Source: Phormidesmis sp. (GTDB taxonomy: Bacteria > Cyanobacteriota > Cyanobacteriia > Leptolyngbyales > Leptolyngbyaceae). Taken from it: DNA of 64,000 bases. A program made the position numbers and the translations under genes. Position 1 is the stretch's first letter. Each line of letters opens with the position of its first letter. The notes beneath the pieces are model-generated. The model was not told the origin of the DNA, did no database searches, and worked only from the letters and a program-made list of their open reading frames with translations. Below are positions 35,421 to 44,404 of the stretch, piece after piece. The stretch is taken from contig CBDFJR010000005.1 of assembly GCA_965248535.1 (NCBI GenBank), forward strand, positions 992,001-1,056,000, written 5' to 3'.

Positions 35421-35449
35421 GATTTAGATCGCCACTGCGAGGCAACCCT

Positions 35450-35761
35450 ATGAATAATCTGCAAAAATATCGAGTTGTGTGCACCCTCTCGTTTGGGGAT
35501 GTTTACGGTCAGATCATCGTTTGGCTGATTGTAATTTTTATCAGTTTAGCGGCAGCCATGGCCATGATGGGCGCGAGTCGTCCGGTCTATGCCCTGACAA
35601 CGGTTGGGCTGGTGCTCGTGCTATCGTTACCCTTCTTACTCTTCTCATTTGTGACAACACTGCTCAATCATATCGAGTTGTCACAGATAGACCCAGCCGA
35701 AAAGCCACAAGCTGCTATGGCTGGGGCATCGACTCAGCAGTCGGCTCAAGCAGTGAGTTAG
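35450..35761 (+). CDS. Conserved cyanobacterial membrane protein
   Basis: CTLSFGDVYGQIIVWL, two TM helices. Confidence 0.75.
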   Translation: MNNLQKYRVVCTLSFGDVYGQIIVWLIVIFISLAAAMAMMGASRPVYALTTVGLVLVLSLPFLLFSFVTTLLNHIELSQIDPAEKPQAAMAGASTQQSAQAVS

Positions 35762-35885
35762 CCAAGGCTCGATCGTGACACTCCCAACGGGTCGTAGAGA
35801 AATGTGTATCTATTGCCCGTTTTTTATCGTCGATCGTCAGCCTGACAGACTATATTAAATACGCTGTAGCATTCGAGGCAAGATT

Positions 35886-36812
35886 GTGACTGAAAAGCGG
35901 AAGAATCGCTGGCTGCTAAACGTGGTGTTGATCATCGCAACGATCGGTCTGTTAGGGGTGTCCATCATTCCTCTCATCAGTGCGACGTTTACCCCGCAAA
36001 AAAATGTGGCGGCGACTCCTAGCCCAACGCAGTCAGTCGAGGCCAAAAAAGCCGATGTTGAAGCTCAAGCGAGAGGCTATGAAGAAGTGCTCAAGCGAGA
36101 GCCAGACAACCAAACTGCCCTGCGCGGGCTGCTAGAAGCGCGGCTGAGAATGACTGATATTAAGGGCGCGATCGCGCCCCTCGAAAAGCTGGCCAAGCTC
36201 AACCCTAATCAAAGCGAATATGCCGTGTTGCTGGCCCAAGCCAGACAGCAAACCGGAGATAAAGAGGGAGCCGCTCAAGCCTATCGAACTATTCTCAACA
36301 CGAGACCGGGCGATCTCAATGCTCTGCAAGGGCTAGCCGGGCTATTGATTGAGCAGCAGCGCCCCGAAGCGGCGATCGGAATGCTGCAAGACACACTCAA
36401 AACTGCCCCTAAAGCCAACGAAAACCAAGCGGGTAGTGTCGATGTGACGGCAGTTCAAGTTTTGCTAGGTCGGGTGTTTGCGTCTCAAAAACGCTATAGC
36501 GAAGCGGTTGGAGTCTTTGACGAAGCGATGAAGGGCAATAAGCAAGACTTTCAGCCTGTGTTTGGCAAGGCGCTGGTGCTCAAAGCCCAGGGCAAGCCAG
36601 AGGAGGCAAAACCCCTGTTTGACTCGGCGATTTCTCTAGCTCCGGCTCAATATAAAGACCAGATTCAAAAAGCGGCCAGTGCGGCCCCACCGGGTGCGGC
36701 GAATAGCCCTAGTGCAGACAGTCCGGCTCCGGCTTCAAAGTCAGAGGCGAGTCCGGCTCCGATCGCGGCCCCTAAGAGCAAAAGCGACATGGAGAAAAGC
36801 GAGAAAAACTAG
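35886..36812 (+). CDS. Tetratricopeptide repeat protein
   Basis: N-terminal TM segment, repeated TPR helices. Confidence 0.88.
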   Translation: MTEKRKNRWLLNVVLIIATIGLLGVSIIPLISATFTPQKNVAATPSPTQSVEAKKADVEAQARGYEEVLKREPDNQTALRGLLEARLRMTDIKGAIAPLEKLAKLNPNQSEYAVLLAQARQQTGDKEGAAQAYRTILNTRPGDLNALQGLAGLLIEQQRPEAAIGMLQDTLKTAPKANENQAGSVDVTAVQVLLGRVFASQKRYSEAVGVFDEAMKGNKQDFQPVFGKALVLKAQGKPEEAKPLFDSAISLAPAQYKDQIQKAASAAPPGAANSPSADSPAPASKSEASPAPIAAPKSKSDMEKSEKN

Positions 36813-36946
36813 CGTTAGCTGATTCGCACTGTTCTGATCTGATCTGCGGCTCGACTGGATCGAGGGACGTTTCACAGTCTGTCCCTGATCCATGTCCAGT
36901 TGCGATCGGGCACTATTAAGCTAGAGATCCGCGTTCTCTTTAACGA

Positions 36947-37564
36947 ATGAATTCATCAGAGCCACTCAATCCCCTAGTGCTGGTGCACGGGCTGACCGAC
37001 ACCAACACTGTCTTTAAACCCATGACCGCTTATTTACGTCAACAAGGCTGGGAGGTGCATAGCGTTAATCTCATTCCTTCAAACGGAGATTGTGAACTCG
37101 ATCGCCTCGCCCATCAGCTTGACACCTATATTGAGTCAATCTTGCCCCATCACCAGCCCTTTGATCTGGTTGGTTTTAGCATGGGCGGCATCGTCAGCCG
37201 CTATTATGTGCAGCGACTAGGCGGACTCGATCGCGTGCAGCGCTTTGTGACGATCGCATCGCCTCACAACGGCACCTTGACCGCCTATCTATCTCAGCGT
37301 CCGGGTTGTCTGCAAATGCGCCCTAACAGCCCTTTTATCAATAGTCTCAACCGAGATATGCCGATGCTAGAAAAGCTGAACTTCACCTCCATTTGGACTC
37401 CGATGGATCTGATGATCGTGCCAGCCACCAGTTCTCAAACTCCGGTAGGGCGAAACATTCAGGTTAACGTGCCGCTTCACGCTTGGATGGTGCAAGACCC
37501 CAAAGGGTTAGAAGCTGTCGCCGTCGCGCTGCGAGAAAAAGTCAGGCATCACAAAAGATATTAG
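36947..37564 (+). CDS. Alpha/beta hydrolase (lipase/esterase)
   Basis: LVHG, GFSMGG nucleophile elbow. Confidence 0.9.
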   Translation: MNSSEPLNPLVLVHGLTDTNTVFKPMTAYLRQQGWEVHSVNLIPSNGDCELDRLAHQLDTYIESILPHHQPFDLVGFSMGGIVSRYYVQRLGGLDRVQRFVTIASPHNGTLTAYLSQRPGCLQMRPNSPFINSLNRDMPMLEKLNFTSIWTPMDLMIVPATSSQTPVGRNIQVNVPLHAWMVQDPKGLEAVAVALREKVRHHKRY

Positions 37565-37575
37565 GCTAGCAGGCC

Positions 37576-38025
37576 TCAGTTGGCTGGATGCAGCGCTGCA
37601 AGATCGCCAATTTGGGCAGTGTCACGGCCGCCAAAAATTGCCTCAGCGTGAGCGTAAACCTTAAACTCCATTAAGTTTTTAAACGGGTCGGATAAGAAGA
37701 ACGTTTCGTGGTCGAGCAGCGTTCCGGCAAATCGGTGTTTGGGCGACTGGTAGAGAGCGATTTGCTGCTGCCGAATTCGCGTTAGCAGAGCTTCCCAATC
37801 TGCCCGATCGCTAAACACCAGACCAAAATGTCGGGGATATACGCCCGTCTGAGGCACGAGCGGCTCATCGACGCGATGCCCCACTAGCTGATGCCCATAT
37901 AGGTCGAGAATGACCGCCTGAGAGGTTTCTCGACCCAACCCACAGCCCAAACCATCCACATAAAACGCTTTGGTTTGAGCGATATCAGTCACCGGAAAAG
38001 CCAGGTGGAAAAGTACAGAAGACAT
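37576..38025 (-). CDS. VOC/glyoxalase family protein
   Basis: FHLAFPV, HFGLV, DPFKNLMEFK. Confidence 0.88.
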   Translation of the reverse strand: MSSVLFHLAFPVTDIAQTKAFYVDGLGCGLGRETSQAVILDLYGHQLVGHRVDEPLVPQTGVYPRHFGLVFSDRADWEALLTRIRQQQIALYQSPKHRFAGTLLDHETFFLSDPFKNLMEFKVYAHAEAIFGGRDTAQIGDLAALHPAN

Positions 38026-38074
38026 AGGATCAGCCAGGTTAGGTGTCAGAATAAATTATGGCGAATTTCTGGGT

Positions 38075-38842
38075 TTGCTGATGGTTTCATTCCTCTTCAG
38101 TAATTGGTTAGTTGCGATCGCTGTCAACACCGTTTTGCTGGCGATCGTCGGGCTGGCTCCTAAAAAGCTGCTAACTCCCGCAGGCATTTTTCACGCTTGG
38201 TTTTTGGGGGTGATTGTCTGGGGAGTTTTGGGGTGGCCGGGCTATCTCGTGGTCGGCTTCTACTTTTTAGTTGGGTCAGGCATCACCTTTGTTGGCAAAG
38301 CCCAAAAAGAAGCTCTAGGCATTGCTGAGAAGCGATCGGGCGCACGCGGACCAGAAAACGTGTGGGGATCGGCGCTGACCGCCATTCTGTGTGCGTTAGG
38401 CTTGCTGTTCATCTCGAGCACAGGCTGGGGCAATCAATTCTATGGCGTGCTGATGTTGGGCTATGTAGCTAGTTTTTGCACCAAGCTCTCAGACACCTGC
38501 GCCAGTGAGATTGGCAAAGCTTATGGCAACCGGACTTTTTTGATCACAACCCTAAAACCAGTGCCTAGAGGCACCGAAGGAGCGGTGAGCTTAGAAGGCA
38601 CCCTAGCAGGCATTGTGGCCTCGATCGTTCTCGCGATCGTCGCCTGGTCAGTCGGCATGATTAGCCCGATCGGGGGTGTGCTGTGCGTCGTGGCCGCCTT
38701 TATAGCTACCAATCTCGAAAGCGTGATTGGCGCAACGCTGCAATCAAAGTTTGATTGGATGACGAATGAAGTGGTGAACATTTTTAACACCACGATCGGT
38801 GCGATCGTGGCAATGGGTCTAGCATGGGCGATCGGAGTTTAG
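38075..38842 (+). CDS. DUF92/TIGR00297 family membrane protein
   Basis: RGPENVWGS, DTCASEIG, GTEGAVSLEG. Confidence 0.9.
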   Translation: MLMVSFLFSNWLVAIAVNTVLLAIVGLAPKKLLTPAGIFHAWFLGVIVWGVLGWPGYLVVGFYFLVGSGITFVGKAQKEALGIAEKRSGARGPENVWGSALTAILCALGLLFISSTGWGNQFYGVLMLGYVASFCTKLSDTCASEIGKAYGNRTFLITTLKPVPRGTEGAVSLEGTLAGIVASIVLAIVAWSVGMISPIGGVLCVVAAFIATNLESVIGATLQSKFDWMTNEVVNIFNTTIGAIVAMGLAWAIGV

Positions 38843-38844
38843 AC

Positions 38845-39714
38845 TTAAACACTCAAATATCGTCTCAAAAAGCTTTCTAGCGTCTCTAGCTTCAGATTAA
38901 AGAGAGATTCGAGGCGCTCAGTTTCAGCAGGGGTGCAGAAAAACTCGTTGGCGAGGAGTGCTCTTAGAGTCCCCAATGATTCTTGACTGTTGGGGTTGAG
39001 CAAGCCGACCAAACTGCGAGTCGCGTCAAAGGCAAAGAGCGGCGGATTGATGATAGTGGGTTCTCGATTAAAAATTCGCCCAAAGATGCGAGGAATCTCT
39101 TGACGCTGCAAAATCTCAGCCCCGCCTATGGGTAGAACTTGATGATGCGCCGCTTCTAGAGAGACGGACGCGATCGCAATTTTCGCCAAGTCATCGGTGC
39201 TAACGATCGAGGTGCGGCTCTGCGGATCGCCAATTAATAGATAGAGCCCAGTCCGGCGAAACTGCTCTGCTAACGGCAACAAGTTAGAAGCGAATCCTGA
39301 AGGGCGCAGAATGGTGTAATTCAACCCGCTGGTCTGGAGATATTTTTCGACTTCGCGTTTTGCTTTAAAGACCGGAGCATCTTCATAGCCGCGATCGACT
39401 CCCAGCACAGAGATAAACACAAAGTGTTGAACGCCCTCAGCTTTGGCGTGATCGATCAGGTCAATATTAGCCTGATAGTTAATCGCTTCAGCCTCACCGC
39501 CGTGAGCACTGATCACAAACTGCACCCCTTGCACCGCTTTCTGAATGTCGCGATCGCGAGACAAATCTCCAATCAAAATCTCAGAGCCACGATGCTCAAG
39601 TTCGGCATAATTTGACATTAATCGCACTAGCGATCGCACCGATAACTCTTGCTCTCGCAGCAGCCTGACGATGCGACGACCTAACCCACCTGTTGCCCCA
39701 GTCACTAAATACAT
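38845..39714 (-). CDS. SDR/NmrA-like NAD(P)-binding oxidoreductase
   Basis: VTGATGGLG, SGLNYTILRP. Confidence 0.88.
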   Translation of the reverse strand: MYLVTGATGGLGRRIVRLLREQELSVRSLVRLMSNYAELEHRGSEILIGDLSRDRDIQKAVQGVQFVISAHGGEAEAINYQANIDLIDHAKAEGVQHFVFISVLGVDRGYEDAPVFKAKREVEKYLQTSGLNYTILRPSGFASNLLPLAEQFRRTGLYLLIGDPQSRTSIVSTDDLAKIAIASVSLEAAHHQVLPIGGAEILQRQEIPRIFGRIFNREPTIINPPLFAFDATRSLVGLLNPNSQESLGTLRALLANEFFCTPAETERLESLFNLKLETLESFLRRYLSV

Positions 39715-39740
39715 AAAGTTGAACCTGCGCTACTTTCTTA

Positions 39741-40538
39741 TTAACTTAGCGAAAGTTCGACGATCACTGGTGTGTGATCACTTGGCTGGGTCAGCTTGCG
39801 AGGGGCCGTGTCGATCGTGCAGGAGATCGCCCGGTCATATAAGTCAGGAGTGAGATAATGATGATCAATTCGCCAGCCTGCGTTGCGACGAAACGCCCCG
39901 GTGCGATAATCCCACCAGCTAAACTGTCCGCCTTCTTGATTAAATTTGCGAAACGCATCTGACAGACCCAAATCAAGAACGTGACGCAAAGCAGCCCGCT
40001 CAACGTCGGTCGCCATCACCTGCGTTTCGCGCCCTTTAGGATCGTGAATATCCAAATCTTCTAAAGCGATGTTGAAGTCGCCACACACCAACAAATTTGC
40101 TGACTGTTGCCGCAAGACTTGCAGATATTCTCGCAACACCTTGAGCCAGTGCAGTTTATAGATGTATTTGTCACTTCCGATCGCTGACCCGTTGGGGACA
40201 TAGAGGTTGACCACTCGAACCCCATCTAAAACTCCAGTGATCACCCGTTTCTGTTCATCTAAATCACCCACTAGAGTGTCTGGCAACACTGCCCCAAATC
40301 CCATGCTGACTTCTAAAAGCGGCGATCGGCTCACCAACGCTACGCCGTTATAGCTTTTTTGCCCAAAAGTATAGATCTGATAATTGAGATCTGTGAATGC
40401 CGATCGTGGAAAAGTTTCATCCACCACTTTGGTTTCTTGGAGACACAGCACGTCGATCGTCGGATTGTCCTGCAACCATCCCACAACCTGTTCCAGCCGA
40501 GTTCTCACCGAGTTAACATTCCACGTCGCAATTTTCAT
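39741..40538 (-). CDS. xth: Exodeoxyribonuclease III
   Basis: TWNVNS, LQETK, GDFN, WRID, SDH. Confidence 0.96.
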   Translation of the reverse strand: MKIATWNVNSVRTRLEQVVGWLQDNPTIDVLCLQETKVVDETFPRSAFTDLNYQIYTFGQKSYNGVALVSRSPLLEVSMGFGAVLPDTLVGDLDEQKRVITGVLDGVRVVNLYVPNGSAIGSDKYIYKLHWLKVLREYLQVLRQQSANLLVCGDFNIALEDLDIHDPKGRETQVMATDVERAALRHVLDLGLSDAFRKFNQEGGQFSWWDYRTGAFRRNAGWRIDHHYLTPDLYDRAISCTIDTAPRKLTQPSDHTPVIVELSLS

Positions 40539-40689
40539 AGCGCTCCTAAGTCCAGTAAGAGCTAGCGTACTGGAAAAAGCCCTGAGTCTCTATCTTTCAT
40601 AGCGGTCGGGCTTCACTTAAGATGCGATCGCGGATGAAATAGTCAGGATGTTAAGCTTTTCTGGCTATGGGGACGCGTCAGTCTTTGTC

Positions 40690-40899
40690 ATGCCCAAAAA
40701 GATTCGAGAACTGAAACAAATGCTGCAACAAGCTGGCTCTAGTGAACTTCCGGGCAAGGGGAGCCATACAAACTGGACGCACTTTTTGTATGCTGGGAAA
40801 ATCACGGTTTCTGGCAGGGATGGAGCAGACGCAAAACGCTATCAGGAGAAGGAAGTGCGCGAGGCGATTAAGATTGTCAAGGAGCAACAGCATGACTAA
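40690..40899 (+). CDS. hicA: HicA family mRNA interferase toxin
   Basis: PKKIRELK..L...GKGSH motif. Confidence 0.88.
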   Translation: MPKKIRELKQMLQQAGSSELPGKGSHTNWTHFLYAGKITVSGRDGADAKRYQEKEVREAIKIVKEQQHD

Positions 40900-41110
40900 G
40901 CTCAAATACCAGATGGTAATTCAGTGGTCAGATGAAGATGATTGCTTTCTAGTTGGCTTTCCTGATTTTCCTGGACAGCAGTGGCGGACACATGGAGACA
41001 CCTACGAGTCAGCAGTCACCAATGGCATCGAAGCGTTAGAGTCTTTGATGATTGCTTATGAAGCGATCGGCGATCGATTACCTGAGCCTACTGTTTGCCG
41101 TACCGCCTAG
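40892..41110 (+). CDS. hicB: HicB family antitoxin (short form)
   Basis: YQMVIQWSDEDDCFLVGFPDF...THGDTYE; overlaps the hicA stop. Confidence 0.88.
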   Translation: MTKLKYQMVIQWSDEDDCFLVGFPDFPGQQWRTHGDTYESAVTNGIEALESLMIAYEAIGDRLPEPTVCRTA

Positions 41111-41152
41111 ATCATACGATCGCTCGACTGCTTCCAAATTATCTTAATTTCT

Positions 41153-41185
41153 GCGATCGCTCCTGCATGATTGGCGAGTGCGATC
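41153..41185 (+). repeat. HIP1-rich dispersed repeat, copy 1 (partial)
   Basis: GCGATCGCTCCTGCATGATTGGCGAGTGCGATC. Confidence 0.75.
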
Positions 41186-41246
41186 TCATTTTGTGAGAAT
41201 CCCTGCTGGCTGGAAGGTGCGTTAGGCGTTCAAGCAGACAATGGCT

Positions 41247-41660
41247 TCAACTCCTCAGCAACGCTCGAAAGCCTGCCTGATTGAAATGGTCATCTGTAGT
41301 CAGCGCATCAAAAATTCCTCGCTCGTGCATCACAACGAATGATACACAGTCAATGAGTCCCCACTCTTTATCGAGACGATTCCTAAATAAGTTGAAAGCA
41401 GCGCTGTAGAGGTCGTCTGACAATGGAACGATTTCGACGTTGGGGTCAGATACCAGTGATTCAAGAAGCTGAGTTGCTGCGACCCTGTATCTTTGTTTAG
41501 AGAGTGCATTGCCAATTTCTAACAGTATTGCTTGCGTTGTCACCAAACGAGTGCCCCTCTTTTCAAGTTGGTTAGCAAGATCAACTGCTCGTGCATGGCT
41601 TTGGTCAGTGACGGCAGGCAGCGCAATGGCAAAAGATGTATCCAAGAAAACTTCAGTCAT
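41247..41660 (-). CDS. PIN domain (VapC) toxin
   Basis: VFLDTS, E, DCVSF, LTTDDHF acidic PIN residues. Confidence 0.9.
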   Translation of the reverse strand: MTEVFLDTSFAIALPAVTDQSHARAVDLANQLEKRGTRLVTTQAILLEIGNALSKQRYRVAATQLLESLVSDPNVEIVPLSDDLYSAAFNLFRNRLDKEWGLIDCVSFVVMHERGIFDALTTDDHFNQAGFRALLRS

Positions 41661-41886
41661 TCTCCTGAGCCGCATCACTGTATAAATATTGGTCTAACTT
41701 TGCTGACCAATCTGGGGCACCTTGTAAGTGAAGAGACTTCGCAGTTTGAAAAAACGACTTTGGTTTTGCGGGTGTCTCTGGTAGTACGCTTTCAACAGTG
41801 ATTCGTACTCGTGTACCAACTTTCAGGTCTAGAGGCACGGTTGGGTGAAGGGTTGTGCCATCGAATACAGCTTCTATTTGGATCAT
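41653..41886 (-). CDS. Antitoxin (DUF104/AF2212-like)
   Basis: IEAVFDG...P...L..GTRV.I; DWS..LD.YLY; overlaps the PIN gene start. Confidence 0.8.
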   Translation of the reverse strand: MIQIEAVFDGTTLHPTVPLDLKVGTRVRITVESVLPETPAKPKSFFQTAKSLHLQGAPDWSAKLDQYLYSDAAQEND

Positions 41887-41984
41887 GGTTGCTCCTGCAA
41901 CTGCAATGCTTTTAGTATATCCGCTCGATTCAAATGCCGATAAATGGCAATGCTACTAGCGATCGCAGTCAGCAAGACCTGAAA

Positions 41985-42047
41985 CAGCGATCGCCTCTTC
42001 TCTGCCAACGACGATCGCTCCTGCATTATTGGCTGAATGGCGATCGC
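41985..42047 (+). repeat. HIP1-rich dispersed repeat, copy 2
   Basis: CAGCGATCGCCTCTTCTCTGCCAACGACGATCGCTCCTGCATTATTGGCTGAATGGCGATCGC. Confidence 0.8.
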
Positions 42048-42049
42048 CG

Positions 42050-42637
42050 TTAAAGCTCTCGCCGAAAAGCTCTAATGGCCTCTCCAGTGTCAGTTTCAGC
42101 CATCAAAATACAGCATTTCAGTAAGTAAAGGTTGATGTCATTGACTCCAGGTAGCTGACTGCGCTCAATCCGCTCATAAATGCCATTTTGGAGATGGTAG
42201 AGCTTTAGCATCCCGTCTTCCCAAAACCAAACTTCAGGAACACCCAGAGCCTTGTAGCGCTCTAACTTACTGACACCACCGCTAGTGAAGATAACCTCAA
42301 TAGACAAATCTGGGATTGGCTTGGCGCTCTCAATGCAGTAAGACTCGTCTGCTTGAGCCGAGACCACCCCTTCTTTCTCCTGAGTCATTGAGCGCGTTGG
42401 TTGAAAGAAAATTCCTTGTTCAGTCAGAAATGTTGTCACTAAATAGCCGATGATACTTGCGAAAATTTCGTGTTCGCGTCCAGGCATAAGCACCTCGATC
42501 GTGCCTTTATAGTAAGACAGTCGCACACCAGGAGACCCATCAAAGCCTTTTTGAATAAATTTGAACTGTTCCCAGGTTCCATGATGGACGATGCGTTGAT
42601 CGGTTGTTTTGTCGAGTAGTGAGGGCATCGCATTCAC
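42050..42637 (-). CDS. Uma2 family endonuclease
   Basis: IEVLMPG..HE, ADESY, PDLSIEV, Y..LGVPEVWFW. Confidence 0.92.
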   Translation of the reverse strand: MNAMPSLLDKTTDQRIVHHGTWEQFKFIQKGFDGSPGVRLSYYKGTIEVLMPGREHEIFASIIGYLVTTFLTEQGIFFQPTRSMTQEKEGVVSAQADESYCIESAKPIPDLSIEVIFTSGGVSKLERYKALGVPEVWFWEDGMLKLYHLQNGIYERIERSQLPGVNDINLYLLKCCILMAETDTGEAIRAFRREL

Positions 42638-43239
42638 CGCTGGCTATTCCTGTATAAATTGTGGAATACTGCTTGTCAACCTGACGATCGCATTCTTGTA
42701 ACAGCAGTACGATCGCGCCTATATAGTTGTGCCAATCTGTTTAAAGAAGCGTTGTACAAGACATTCAAACCCTGGCAGAATCGGTGAGGTGATGGTGTCT
42801 TGAGCGGTGTAAGTAGCGGCTCGCTTGAGGACTGCATTCTCGCGGCAGCACACTTCGATCTGTTGTAGTTCTCGGCTGACGATCCAATATTCCTCAATCC
42901 TCCCTGGGATGATCGGCATCGCTGAAGATGATGCCGGGAGTTGGGAAAGCTGTGTTTCGTTTGACCAATCTCGGAGTTCTGCACAAATGTTAAGAATAAC
43001 GGATTGGTGCCTGAGATGGGGTGCCCTATTGATATACTCACCGCTCTTTAGGAGGGGTGATTCTTGACGCTTCACCGACCCTACCGAAGGTCTTACTCTG
43101 ACCGTCCGTTTTAAGTCTCCCAATACCCTATAGAGTTTAAGTTTGGCTTCGCGGTCTCGTCGTTCATTCGTAATGCTGAAACCCGGAGACAGCACTTCGA
43201 CGATGAGTTCGGGTGCGCCGATAAAATGCCCCGCCATCT

Positions 43240-43925
43240 GATTTGCAGTTTGGCAATCTGTAAACAGGTTTTGTGTCTGCAAGTCTGCGAACTTTACGAT
43301 CTAACGCAGCGTAGTTAGGACTAAAAGCCTTTTCCCCATTGCTCATCACTGCAAACGTTTTAATCCCCAAGTCAATTCCGATGCTTTGGGTTTTGGCATC
43401 GATTACGACGGGTTCAACGTCTACCACAAAGCTAAGGAAATACCGATTAGCACAGTCTTTAACGACCGTGACTGAACTAGGCTCCGATGGTAATTCTCTA
43501 GACCAGATTGGATGCAAGTCCCCAATTTTAGCCAGATAGACAGCCCCGCCTTGAATGGAGAATCCGCCACGAGTGAGTCGTGCGGATTGCCTTCCTGTCT
43601 TCTTTTTGAATCTAGGGCTGCCTAACTTTTTCCCTTTTCGGTTGCCTTGAAGCGAGTCGAAAAAGTTTTTGTAGGCAACTCCTAAATCAGCAACCGACTG
43701 CTGCAATGGAATGTTTGAAACTTCAGACAGCCATTCTCGCTCAATCGTTTTCTTCGCTTGAGTAATGACCAACTTTTGCAAGTCGCCATTCTTAGGCAGC
43801 TTCTCAGCTTGTTTGCAAAGCGCTAGAGCATCGTTCCACACGACCCGAACGCAACCAAACAACTGAGCTAAACGCTGTCGCTGTGGGTCGGTCGGATAGA
43901 AACGGTACGAGTATCTTGCTTTCAT
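43240..43925 (-). pseudogene. tnpB: Truncated RNA-guided endonuclease TnpB
   Basis: MKARYSYRFYP, FGCVRVVWN, PRFKKK, GIDLG (RuvC-I); RuvC-II/III and zinc finger missing. Confidence 0.88.
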
Positions 43926-43959
43926 GCTACCATTGTATATCATAACGATAGACAATGCA

Positions 43960-44124
43960 ATGAATAAGAGTGTATTTTTTAGACTCAGCCAAGATGAGTT
44001 GGATCTGCTAGAGGTTTACTGCAAAGCTACGAAGCGAACAAAATCCGACGTACTAAGGGAACTCATTAGAAGTCTTAAAATTAAGAAAAGCCGTCCTAGA
44101 GGAGCGGGGCTTGAATCCCATTAA
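43960..44124 (+). CDS. CopG/ribbon-helix-helix protein inside the IS
   Basis: RLSQDELDLLEVYC..TKRTKSDVLRELIRSL. Confidence 0.75.
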   Translation: MNKSVFFRLSQDELDLLEVYCKATKRTKSDVLRELIRSLKIKKSRPRGAGLESH

Positions 44125-44286
44125 TTTGGTCACAAAGAGTTCTCCATCAATAATTTCGTAGCGCTTCCATTCGTCGGCTGCGAGGAGTTCGAGATCGGCA
44201 GTCGTCCAGCGAACTTTTTCAGACGAGGTTTGACTCATGGCGTGTCTCCGCTACCTTCTTTGGTTCTATTCTCGCTTGTTTTACCG

Positions 44287-44347
44287 CAGCGATCGTTCCT
44301 TCTCTGCCAATGGTGATCGCTCCTGCAAGATTGGTGAGTGCGATCGC
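44287..44347 (+). repeat. HIP1-rich dispersed repeat, copy 3
   Basis: CAGCGATCGTTCCTTCTCTGCCAATGGTGATCGCTCCTGCAAGATTGGTGAGTGCGATCGC. Confidence 0.8.
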
Positions 44348-44404
44348 TCTACATCTCCCAACAAATTGCTCTCAGGTTATTTTCAGGGTTCTACGTCTCT
44401 TGAT

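Larger units (their letters stand above)
43029..44128 (-). mobile_element. Degenerate IS200/IS605-family element (tnpB remnant plus RHH gene, no tnpA)
   Basis: Inserted after TGAC with no target duplication; right end hairpin GAATCACCCCTCC...GGTGAGTATA ending TCAA; removal restores the host reading frame. Confidence 0.85.
42719..44238 (-). pseudogene. Uma2 family endonuclease interrupted by an IS and internally rearranged
   Basis: N-term ...RYEIIDGELFVT (44238-44129) resumes RAPH..HQ at 43028; GAPELIVEVLSPG segment displaced; C-term EYWIV...TSPILPGF. Confidence 0.85.

Noticed and set aside
42719..43282. 187 aa ORF that looks like an intact Uma2
   Set aside because: It is a chimera of tnpB remnants, the IS right end and out-of-order Uma2 pieces.
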